Below, piece by piece: positions 1 to 7,613 of a stretch of DNA of 26,133 bases. A model generated the notes under the pieces. The model worked only from the letters and a program-made list of their open reading frames with translations, searched no databases and had not been told where the DNA came from. This DNA comes from an uncultured Eubacteriales bacterium (GTDB lineage: Bacteria; Bacillota; Clostridia; Christensenellales; Aristaeellaceae), in assembly GCA_944353735.1 (NCBI GenBank), contig CALVPU010000215.1, positions 1 to 26,133 on the forward strand, in the 5' to 3' direction. Position 1 is the stretch's first letter, and every line of letters begins with the position of its first letter. Made by a program: the position numbers and the translations under genes.

Positions 1-8
1 ATCCTTTA

Positions 9-450
9 ATGGCAAACCGCCAATTGCCCGCCGGAGTGGCTCAGAGAACGTCCCCGCAACGCCCTCTCCCTTTGCATTCGTCCGTTCATCAAATACTGGG
101 AGCGGATGCCGTGGTGACAGCCGCGCCCCAATTTCCGATGGCTTTCGCAAAGTTGCAATGGCAAACCGCCAATTGCCCGCCGGAATGGCTCAGAGGACAT
201 CCCCGCAGTGCCCTCTCCCTTTGCATTCGTCCGTTCGTCAAACACTGGGAGCGGATGCCGTGGTGACATCCGCTCCCCAATTCCCGATGGTCTTCGCAAA
301 GTTGCCATGGCAAACCGCCAATTGCCCGCCGGAATGGCTCAGAGGACGTCCCCGCAGCGCCTGGTCTTTTGCATTCATTCGTTCGTCAAATACTGGGAGC
401 GGATGCCGCCACGGCATCCGCGCCCCAATTTCCGATGGTCTTTGCAATGC
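9..450. repeat. Three tandem copies of a 149-bp palindrome-containing (REP/BIME-like) unit
   Basis: ATGGCAAACCGCCAATTGCCCGCCGG recurs at 9, 158 and 307 (period 149). Each copy has a GCGGATG...CATCCGC-type hairpin, e.g. GGGAGCGGATG (247-257) / CATCCGCTCCC (267-277). The tract lies just downstream of ppa. Confidence 0.9.
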
Positions 451-490
451 GCTCCGCAGCCGCTTTGTACCGGCGCTTTCGCAATGCGCT

Positions 491-1027
491 TCAGCCGCGG
501 CAGAACTTTTCGATATAGGCGTCGTAGCTCTTCTGGATGATCTGCATGGCCTGTTCGCGCCCGTAGGCGCCGACGATTTCCGTGTCCTTGTCGCCCTCGA
601 GACTCTTGTACACGTTGAAAAAGTGCATGATCTCCTCGGCGATGTGCGAGGGCAGGTCGCTGACGTCGTGATAGCTGTTGTACACCGGATCGCCGAACGG
701 CACCGCCAGTATCTTTTCGTCCATCGAATTGCCGTCGCGCATTGCGAAATAGCCGATTGGGTACACCCGCACGAGGCTCATCGGGCGGATCGTCTCGCTG
801 CACAGCACCAGCACGTCCAGCGGGTCGTCGTCCTCGGCGTAGGTGCGCGGGATGAAGCCGTAGTTGGCCGGATAGTGCGTCGAGGTGTACAGGATGCGGT
901 CCAGGCGCAGCGCGCCGGTCTCCTTGTCCATCTCGTACTTGTTCTTCGAGCCCTTTTCGATCTCGATCACCGCCATGAAGTCGTCCACCCGCATGCGCGC
1001 CGGACGGATATCGTGCCACAGGTTCAT
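491..1027 (-). CDS. ppa: Family I soluble inorganic pyrophosphatase
   Basis: Motifs EIEKGSKNKYEMD, YPANYGFIPRT, DDDPLDVLV and DEKILAVP; GAGGAGG RBS upstream of the ATG. Confidence 0.95.
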   Translation of the reverse strand: MNLWHDIRPARMRVDDFMAVIEIEKGSKNKYEMDKETGALRLDRILYTSTHYPANYGFIPRTYAEDDDPLDVLVLCSETIRPMSLVRVYPIGYFAMRDGNSMDEKILAVPFGDPVYNSYHDVSDLPSHIAEEIMHFFNVYKSLEGDKDTEIVGAYGREQAMQIIQKSYDAYIEKFCRG

Positions 1028-1077
1028 GCTCTTCCTCCTCGCCGGTTTTGGTCTATCTCTATTCTTTCGACGTCAAA

Positions 1078-1114
1078 GGCGCGATTTCCTGCCGCTTTCC
1101 GGCGAAATCGCGCC
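1078..1114 (-). terminator. Putative intrinsic terminator of the L,D-transpeptidase gene
   Basis: 11-bp perfect stem GGCGCGATTTC / GAAATCGCGCC, followed on the minus strand by only a short TTT. Confidence 0.5.
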
Positions 1115-1164
1115 CTGTTTTTCTCGCAAAATGAGACCGCGCCCGGCGAAGGGCGCGGCGCCGC

Positions 1165-3111
1165 TCAGTAGACGACCACCACGGTGCCGGAGGGGCAGTT
1201 TTCGTAGATCCACTTGGCGTCCTCGACCTGCAGGCGCACGCAGCCGTGCGACGCCTTGCTGCCCAGCGCGTAGACCGAGTTGACGCGCAGCGTGCTGGTG
1301 TCGCGCTCGCTGTAGAGCACGGAATGGAAGAGGATGTCGCCCTCGATCTGGTAGGCGTACTGCGCCCAGCATTCAAACTTCGTGAAATAGTGCCAGCGGT
1401 CGAGCGGCTGGGTCTGGGTGAAGATGCCGCGCGGGGTGGAGCTGCCGAGACCGGTGGAGCAGATGAAGGCGTCGATCTGCTCGTACGCGCCGTCGGCGTT
1501 GAGCTCGTAGACGTACACGTACTGGTCGTCGAGGCTGATCTCGAGCTTGTAGTGGGTCCAGTCGCCCACGGGATCGGCGGAGAACAGCGCGCGCTGCGTC
1601 TCCTCGTCGGCGATCCCGGTCGCCTCGAGGCCGTTCTTTTCCTGGAACAGCGCGATGGCGTCGCGCGTCGTGCCGCCATAGATGCCGTCGATGTCGAAGC
1701 GCGACAGATAGTACAGCGTGTGCAGGCGCCGCTGCACGCGCGCGGTTTCCGCCTCGGAGGCGTCGGGACCGACGTCCTCGCGATAGATGAACAGATCCGC
1801 TTCGGCGAGCGCGTCCTGCGCCTCGGCGGAAAGGTGTTCGCTGTCGGCGAACAGTTCGGCGTACGGGCTGTCGTGGTCGGAGAGATAGGCGTACAGCCGC
1901 TCGACGCCCTCGCGTACCTTGCTGCCGTACTCGCCGTCCTCGACGTCGGCGAGCATGCCGTACTGGTTGAGCAGGCGCTGCACGCTGCGCACCGCGCCGT
2001 TTTCGTCGCCCAAGGCGATGTCGTGCGCCACGAAGCGCTCGGCTGTGGCGGCGTCTGCGGCAAAGAGCGCGTCGATGGTGGCGCGGTCGGCGACGCCGGT
2101 GGCGTCGAGCCCCGCCGCCTGCTGGAAGGCGCGCGTGCACGCCGCGGCGTAGTCGTCGTAGACCTCGTCGGGATCGGCGTCGAGATAGCCGAGGTCGCGC
2201 AGCCTGCGCTCCACGCGCCTTGCCTCGCTGCCGCTGTCGCCGGCGCGAAGCGCCGTCAGGTAGGTGGAATAGCCGTCGCTGAAGAGGATCTCCTGCGTCA
2301 TCGGCGAGGCAACGCCGTCGGCGTCGATCCCGCCGGGCAGGCGGTCGCCATAGCCCTGCGCGATGAGGTGCGCCTGAAACGCCGCCACGGCGCTCTGCGT
2401 GTTTTCGCCATAGATGCCGTCGGCGGCGTCGCGCAGAAAGCCGTACTGGATCAGCATGCGCTGCAGCTCCGCCACGGCGTCGCCCTCGTCGCCGCGCGAC
2501 AGCTGCGCCCGCAGCGCGCGCACGTCGGCGTCGGACATCCGCGCGGTGGTGCGGGCGTCGGCGACGCCGGTGACGTCGAGGCCGTTCAGGCTCTGAAACA
2601 GCGCCACGGCGCTTTGCGTCTGCGCGCCAAAGATGCCGTCCGCCGCGCCGGAGAGGTACCCCAGCTCGATCAGCCGCGCCTGCAGCTGCTCCACCGCCTC
2701 GCCGCGCGCGCCCTCGCTGAGCGCCGCTTGGGCCTCCGCCGAATCGTCGGAAGCCGCCGAATCGTCGGACGCGGACGGGCTGCCGGCAGACGCCGGCTGA
2801 GCCGCATCCGCCTCGCCGCTGCCGGTCGCCGCGTCCACCGCCGCGTTCGCCGGCGGATCGCCGTTTTCGCCATGAGCGGTCGCGCCGGATGCCGCAGAGC
2901 GCTGGTCATGCCCGTCGGCGCTGCCGCCAACGTCCTCCGCGCTGCCGGCTGCCGCGCCTGCCACGACCGGCGTGCCCATTGCCGCGCCGAACAGCGCGCC
3001 TGCGGCGTATAGGTTCGCGCCATGCGCCGGCGCTTCGGCGCCCGCCGCCGTCATGGACAGCGCCAGCAGCAGGACCAGTGCGGTCGCCTTCATCGTTTTT
3101 TTCCAATTCAT
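1165..3111 (-). CDS. Secreted L,D-transpeptidase (YkuD family) with about five PG_binding_1 domains
   Basis: Start reassigned to ATG 3111 (MNWKKTMKATALVLLLALSMTAAGA signal peptide, GGAG RBS). Repeated L..G..G..V..LQ..L...GY....DG.FG..T..AV..FQ...GL..TG.AD units. C-terminal ILFHS...SHGCVRL catalytic His/Cys motif. Confidence 0.9.
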   Translation of the reverse strand: MNWKKTMKATALVLLLALSMTAAGAEAPAHGANLYAAGALFGAAMGTPVVAGAAAGSAEDVGGSADGHDQRSAASGATAHGENGDPPANAAVDAATGSGEADAAQPASAGSPSASDDSAASDDSAEAQAALSEGARGEAVEQLQARLIELGYLSGAADGIFGAQTQSAVALFQSLNGLDVTGVADARTTARMSDADVRALRAQLSRGDEGDAVAELQRMLIQYGFLRDAADGIYGENTQSAVAAFQAHLIAQGYGDRLPGGIDADGVASPMTQEILFSDGYSTYLTALRAGDSGSEARRVERRLRDLGYLDADPDEVYDDYAAACTRAFQQAAGLDATGVADRATIDALFAADAATAERFVAHDIALGDENGAVRSVQRLLNQYGMLADVEDGEYGSKVREGVERLYAYLSDHDSPYAELFADSEHLSAEAQDALAEADLFIYREDVGPDASEAETARVQRRLHTLYYLSRFDIDGIYGGTTRDAIALFQEKNGLEATGIADEETQRALFSADPVGDWTHYKLEISLDDQYVYVYELNADGAYEQIDAFICSTGLGSSTPRGIFTQTQPLDRWHYFTKFECWAQYAYQIEGDILFHSVLYSERDTSTLRVNSVYALGSKASHGCVRLQVEDAKWIYENCPSGTVVVVY

Positions 3112-3170
3112 CCTCGTCTCTCCAATGCCTTGGTTTTCGCCGTGCGGCGCATGCGCGCCTTCGCACCGGT

Positions 3171-3198
3171 ATTCTAATATACACGATTTATGTGTCAT
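3171..3198 (-). promoter_or_regulatory. Putative sigmaA promoter of the L,D-transpeptidase gene
   Basis: Minus strand ATGACA-16 nt-TAGAAT. Confidence 0.45.
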
Positions 3199-3433
3199 TT
3201 TTATCGCTAACATCTTAATTCGACGAAAACTGTATGGTCTGTACAAGCAAAATCTCGCTGCGCGACGCGCGAGGCGAAGCGTGCGGGAGGCGGTGCGAGG
3301 GAGCGGCGCTGGCTTGAGTGCGGCGGACAAGACTTCGCCCCATTCCGCGAATGCGAAATGGGGCGGGCGCGTGGAATCCCGAAGGGACTTCCGATGCGTC
3401 GGGATTAGAGAGAACCCGAACGCGGCAGCGGCG

Positions 3434-4648
3434 TCACGGCTCGAGGGAGAACTCGAACGCGGCCTCGGGATCGTCGTAGTGCTCGTTGGGAATCCAGAGC
3501 ACGGAGCGGTCGGTCAGGTTGTACACGGCGCTGTGCACGGTGCAGCCGTCGTCCCAGCTGCGCCGGCCCACGTTGGCGAGGATGTCCATCGCGGCGCGCT
3601 CGTCCGCGACCACGCCGCCGGTGGCGGTCAGGTCCGCGCCGATGCGGTCGTAGCGGTCGCGGCCCTCGATATCGGCGCTGGAAGAGCCCTCGTAGTAGCC
3701 GGGCTGGAGGATGAAGTTGGTGACCCACTGGCAGTCGCTGGCGGCTTCCGCCTCGCCCAACGCCGCGTCGCCGTCGCTGTAATGCACCACCAGCCGGCGC
3801 TGGGCGCCGTCGTTGTCGGTGGCGTCGGTCTCGCCGATCCACTCCAGCACCGCGCTGCGCCCGCTGGCGTCGGCGACCATGTAGTGGTAGGAGGTGCGCG
3901 CGGAATCGTGCATGTCGTAGCTGGACGCGATCTCCACCGCCTCGTCGAGGTCGTCGGCGTAGTCGAGGATCAGGCGCAGCAGCGTGGTGGAGGTGAAGTC
4001 GGGCTTGCCGGTGTCCTGATCGGTGGGCACGGTCGACTCGCCCTGAAAGCTCATGTAGATGCCGCACGCCACGCCCGCGTCGTTGACGCCGTCCAGCGGC
4101 GTGTAGGTCGCGGCGAGGCAGGTGATGCGGTCCATCAGCCCGTCGAGGTCCTCGTTCACGTCGATGCCCAGAAACTGCAGGTCCGCCGTGGAGATGCTGG
4201 CGTGCCGGCCCTCGTTCGCCTCGGTGAACACCAGACAGGTGTTGGTCTTGGAAAAGTCATAGTTGCGGGCGAACAGCGCGTCGCCGTCCTCGGTGCGCGC
4301 CGTGAACGACGCGCAGCTGATCTCCGGCGCGCTGATGCCCATGTCCACCAGCCCCTTGGTGATGTGGTCGGTGATGAAGGCGATGAGCTCCTCGTCGCTG
4401 GACACGCCGCCCTGCGCGACGAAATCGTCCAGATAAAAGCCGCCGTGCACGTGCATTGTGTAGACCGAGCCGTCCTCGTTGGCGTCGTCGCGCGCGCGGA
4501 TCTGCTCGATGCTGGCGAGCGTGACGATCTCGTCGCCCCACATCGCCCACACCGTGCCCGCCGCCGCCACTGCCAGCGCGGCGACCGCCGCCGCCAGCGC
4601 CAGCAGGACCTTCTTCCAGCGCGCCATCTTTCGCTTGCCCTGTTCCAT
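3434..4648 (-). CDS. Exported Cys-nucleophile Ntn-hydrolase (linear amide C-N hydrolase; choloylglycine hydrolase/acid ceramidase-like)
   Basis: Basic N-terminus plus hydrophobic helix. Internal SCASFTA (putative autocleavage Cys), then LFARNYDF, DGVNDAGVA, HYMVADASGRSAVLE and VTNF. GGGAG RBS. Confidence 0.8.
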   Translation of the reverse strand: MEQGKRKMARWKKVLLALAAAVAALAVAAAGTVWAMWGDEIVTLASIEQIRARDDANEDGSVYTMHVHGGFYLDDFVAQGGVSSDEELIAFITDHITKGLVDMGISAPEISCASFTARTEDGDALFARNYDFSKTNTCLVFTEANEGRHASISTADLQFLGIDVNEDLDGLMDRITCLAATYTPLDGVNDAGVACGIYMSFQGESTVPTDQDTGKPDFTSTTLLRLILDYADDLDEAVEIASSYDMHDSARTSYHYMVADASGRSAVLEWIGETDATDNDGAQRRLVVHYSDGDAALGEAEAASDCQWVTNFILQPGYYEGSSSADIEGRDRYDRIGADLTATGGVVADERAAMDILANVGRRSWDDGCTVHSAVYNLTDRSVLWIPNEHYDDPEAAFEFSLEP

Positions 4649-4701
4649 AACAGCACTCCCTTGCTCATTGGTTAATTTATTGAACTATAATTGTCCTCGC
4701 T

Positions 4702-4730
4702 ATTGTACGACAAAGCGGGCGATTTGTCAA
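4702..4730 (-). promoter_or_regulatory. sigmaA promoter of the Ntn-hydrolase gene
   Basis: Minus strand TTGACA-17 nt-TACAAT. Confidence 0.8.
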
Positions 4731-4832
4731 TGCCCTGCGGCGGAAATTTGTCCCGGGCGCGCTCTGTTTGGGCGTGAATGCGATGAAAATGTGCATATTT
4801 CGCGCTTTTTCTGCATTGTTTTGGCACAGCGA

Positions 4833-4860
4833 TTGATTTTTCAACAGGTTTTGATATAAT
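4833..4860 (+). promoter_or_regulatory. sigmaA promoter (extended -10) of the LCP gene
   Basis: TTGATT-16 nt-TATAAT with TGn immediately before the -10 box (TGATATAAT). Confidence 0.75.
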
Positions 4861-4918
4861 ACGATTGACAGGTCCCCGCATTTGCGAGGGCCAACCTGCA
4901 AATGGAGGAACGCTGACC

Positions 4919-5923
4919 ATGATGATGAGAAAGCTGCTGGCGCTGGTACTGGCGCTGGCGTTGGCGCTGAGCGCGTGCGCGCTGGCGGAGGAGCCGGTGG
5001 TCGAGGATGTGCCGCTGGCGACCGCCGCGCCCGACGAGGATTTTGACCTCTCCGGCGTGCTCGACGAGGAGATCCTCGCCGACGAGTTCATCTCCGTCGA
5101 GGACTATGCCGAGACCGAGAACCTGCCCGACGACTGGTGGAACATCCTGCTGCTGGGCACCGACAACCGCTATGAGGGCAATACCTACGGCAGGACCGAC
5201 TCAATGATCATCCTCTCGGTCAATCCCGCCACGCTCGAGGCCAAGCTGACCTCGCTGATGCGCGACACGTGGGTTTCGATGTACGGGCGCAGCAGCAAGG
5301 CCAAGCTCAACGCCGCCAGCGTCTACGGCGGTCCGGAACTGACGATGCGCACCGTCAACGAGTGCTTCGGCATGAACATCTCCGACTACGCGCTGATCAA
5401 CATCACCGGCCTGGCGGACGTGATCGACGCCCTCGGCGGCATCGAGCTCGACGTCACCGAGGAGGAGCGCGCCGCGCTCAACCGCGGCCTGTTCGACCTG
5501 TCCTCGCAGTCCGGCATGGAGGAGCTGGAGGAGTCGGGCGAGCAGGTGCACCTCAACGGCAACCAGGCGGTCGCCTTCGCGCGCATCCGCCGCATCGACA
5601 GCGATTACAAGCGCACAGAGCGCCAGCGCGACGTGCTGACCGCCATCGCCGAGAAGCTGCAGGAGAGCAACAACGCCGCGACGATCGTCGGCGTGGTCAC
5701 GTCGCTGATGCCCTACGTCGAGACGAATCTCGATCTGGGCGAACTGATGACGCTCGCCTACGTCGGGCTGCAGCTGGACATGTCGAACGTCGAGCAGCTG
5801 CGCCTGCCCGCGGACGGCACCTTTGACGCCGGCACGTACAACGGCGTGTGGAGCATCCGCCCCAACTTCGACGAGAACAAGCAGATCCTCTACGACTTCA
5901 TCTACGGCGAGGACGAGGAATAG
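4919..5923 (+). CDS. LCP (LytR-CpsA-Psr) family cell-wall glycopolymer transferase
   Basis: NILLLGTD, GRTDSMIILS, SLMRDTWV, KLNAA, LNGNQAVAFARIR and SDYKRTERQR motifs. Start moved to ATG 4919 behind GGAGG. Confidence 0.93.
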   Translation: MMMRKLLALVLALALALSACALAEEPVVEDVPLATAAPDEDFDLSGVLDEEILADEFISVEDYAETENLPDDWWNILLLGTDNRYEGNTYGRTDSMIILSVNPATLEAKLTSLMRDTWVSMYGRSSKAKLNAASVYGGPELTMRTVNECFGMNISDYALINITGLADVIDALGGIELDVTEEERAALNRGLFDLSSQSGMEELEESGEQVHLNGNQAVAFARIRRIDSDYKRTERQRDVLTAIAEKLQESNNAATIVGVVTSLMPYVETNLDLGELMTLAYVGLQLDMSNVEQLRLPADGTFDAGTYNGVWSIRPNFDENKQILYDFIYGEDEE

Positions 5924-5959
5924 GCGCGCCTGCAAACGCCGCGGCGCGCGGAGAACGAA

Positions 5960-5998
5960 AAAGGGCGCTTTCACCATCATGCGGTGAAAGCGCCCTTT
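5960..5998 (+). terminator. Intrinsic terminator after the LCP gene
   Basis: 16-bp perfect stem AAAGGGCGCTTTCACC / GGTGAAAGCGCCCTTT followed by GTTGT. Confidence 0.85.
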
Positions 5999-6023
5999 GT
6001 TGTCAGAAATGCCCGCCGCGGCA

Positions 6024-6682
6024 GGATCGCCCTTCTCGTCGGCGGGAAGGTTTTTCCCATGGCGGCGAAGTGCCCTTCTCGCGGCAGTGCCGTTCCTGCG
6101 GCAGCGCTCTTCCCGAAGCGGAAATGCCTTCTTGCGGCGGGGGCGCTGTAGCGGTGATTTCAATCTCCGCGTTTCGTGAAGGATCGCCCTTCTCGTGAGG
6201 GGGAGCGACTCCGGCACACACATCGCCCCGGGGAGCGTGGGCATTTCAATCCACGCTGCCCGCGAGGGGAGCGACGTCAATTCCCGCGTTTGTGCAGATG
6301 TCAACGATCGATTTCAATCCACGCGCCCCGCGAGGGGGAGGGTTTTCTCATGGCGGGAAAGCGCCCTCTTGCGGCAGCGCCGTTCCCGCGGCAGCGCGCT
6401 CTTCCCGAAGCGGAAATGCCTTCTTGCGGCGGGGGCGCTGTAGCGGTGCTTTCATTCTCCGCGTCTCGTGGAAGAGCGACCTCCCCGCGAGGGGAAGGGT
6501 TTTCCCATGGCGGCGAAGTGCCCTTCTCGCGGCAGTGCCGTTCCCGCGGCAGCGCTCTTCCCGAAGCGGAAATGCCTTCTTGCGGCGGGAGCGCTGTAGC
6601 GGTGCTTTCAATCTCCGCGTCTCGTGAAGGATCGCCCTTCTCGCGAGGGGGAGTTTTTTCTCATGGCGGCGAAGCGCCCTTC
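6024..6682. repeat. ~157-bp tandem repeat tract (about 3.5 units) built partly from degenerate type I-C CRISPR repeats
   Basis: CATGGCGG anchor (ATG) at 6059, 6350, 6507 and 6663, giving periods 291, 157 and 156. The extra ~134 bp in the first period is the CRISPR mini-array. The tract sits between the convergent LCP and SGNH genes. Confidence 0.9.
6157..6340 (-). CRISPR. Orphan, degenerate type I-C-like CRISPR mini-array (2 spacers)
   Basis: Repeats on the plus strand: ATTTCAATCCACGCTGCCCGCGAGGGGAGCGAC (6243-6275, 33 nt), ATTTCAATCCACGCGCCCCGCGAGGGGGAG (6311-6340, lacks CGAC), and a degenerate fused repeat at 6157-6209 ending GAGCGAC. Spacers are 33 nt (6210-6242) and 35 nt (6276-6310). The reverse complement GTCGC...GCGTGGATTGAAAT matches the established I-C repeat pattern. 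No leader or cas genes are in the window. Confidence 0.75.
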
Positions 6683-6690
6683 GCTGCGCC

Positions 6691-7329
6691 TTATCCGATC
6701 AGCTTGCGGACCTCCTGGGCGAGCGCCTCGCCGAGGGCGCGATGCGAGGCGGCGTCCATGTGCACGCCGTCGACCGGCGAGGGTTCGGCGACCGTGGCGG
6801 CGTCGAAAAACGCCGCGCCCTGCGCCTGCGCCACGTGGCGGTAGTAGAAGGCGAACTTCTTGCTCTCCGCATAGCCGCCGCGCAGCGTGCCGTAGGGGTC
6901 GTCGGCGACCGACGGGTGCAGCTGGATCGGCGAGACCAGCAGCACCTTGAACCCGTTGGGGAACACCTCGCTGCTCTCCTTGCGCGCCTGCACGGCGCGG
7001 GCGAGGTCGATCAGGCGCTCGGCGCCCTTCGCGGCGCCAAAGGCGTCGGTGAACTTCAGGTCGTTCGTGCCCATCATCAGCACGAGCAGGTCCAGCGGCT
7101 TTTGCGCCACCAGCGCCATCGGCAGCGCCGCCGCGCCCAGCCGCCACGGGCTCCACGGGTCCTCGTAGACCGAGGTGCGCGCGTTCTGCCCGTCCTCGAG
7201 CACGCGGTAGCCCGCGCCGAGCGCCGACTGCATTACGCCCGTCCAGCGCGTGTCCAGATCGAAGCGCACGCCCGTTCCCGGCGTGTAGCCCCACGTGTTG
7301 GAATCGCCAAAGCACAGGATGTTTTTCAT
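6691..7329 (-). CDS. SGNH/GDSL-family hydrolase (arylesterase-like)
   Basis: ILCFGDSNTWGY (block I), EDGQNAR (II), MMGTNDLK (III), DGVH (V). Start at ATG 7329 behind GGAGG. Confidence 0.93.
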   Translation of the reverse strand: MKNILCFGDSNTWGYTPGTGVRFDLDTRWTGVMQSALGAGYRVLEDGQNARTSVYEDPWSPWRLGAAALPMALVAQKPLDLLVLMMGTNDLKFTDAFGAAKGAERLIDLARAVQARKESSEVFPNGFKVLLVSPIQLHPSVADDPYGTLRGGYAESKKFAFYYRHVAQAQGAAFFDAATVAEPSPVDGVHMDAASHRALGEALAQEVRKLIG

Positions 7330-7375
7330 AATAATGCCTCCGCCCCTTTGGGGTCTGTATTGAATCTCCAGATTG

Positions 7376-7404
7376 ATTATAGCCCATCGCGCGCGTGTGC
7401 GCAA
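7376..7404 (-). promoter_or_regulatory. sigmaA promoter of the SGNH hydrolase gene
   Basis: Minus strand TTGCGC-17 nt-TATAAT. Confidence 0.65.
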
Positions 7405-7613
7405 GATCCTGAGGGGATTTTATTGCCGTTCCGGCGCATCGAGCGACAACAGCCAGGCGCCAGCAAAGGATAAAAAGGGAATTCTGAAGAGAGAGGCTGG
7501 AAGCGTGACCGAACCACGCACGGCAGAGGCGTTCTCCATGGATGGGATATCACGGGCCAACCGCATTGTGTTGGCGGCGCCGGAAAGCACTGTCAGTATG
7601 CGGAGAAGGGCGA

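Noticed and set aside
6-540. ORFs 6..308, 9..266, 89..313, 208..540, 238..447 and the start of 158..1171
   Set aside because: They are translations of the 149-bp repeat in shifting frames, with no RBS or protein-like composition.
491-1027. Family I rather than family II pyrophosphatase as a novelty
   Set aside because: Family I enzymes are known in Bacillota; this is an ordinary housekeeping gene.
1165-3330. ORF-track start at 3330 for the L,D-transpeptidase (and similarly extended starts at 4865, 7404, 10752, 12537, 13258, 17708, 19116, 19336, 24104, 24134)
   Set aside because: Downstream starts have clear RBSs and give proper signal peptides or family N-termini.
3336-3365. Hairpin CGCCCCATT/AATGGGGCG after the Ntn-hydrolase gene as a terminator
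   Set aside because: No U-tract on the minus strand; it may still be a pause or stability hairpin but is not supportable as a terminator.
6276-6310. Spacer 2 (minus strand GCACAAACGC) matching the hairpin near 14365-14375 as self-targeting
   Set aside because: Only about 10 contiguous nt match, which is expected by chance.
5201-6844. ORFs crossing the 6-kb repeat tract as possible cas or toxin genes
   Set aside because: They are repeat translations with no RBS and no Cas or toxin motifs.
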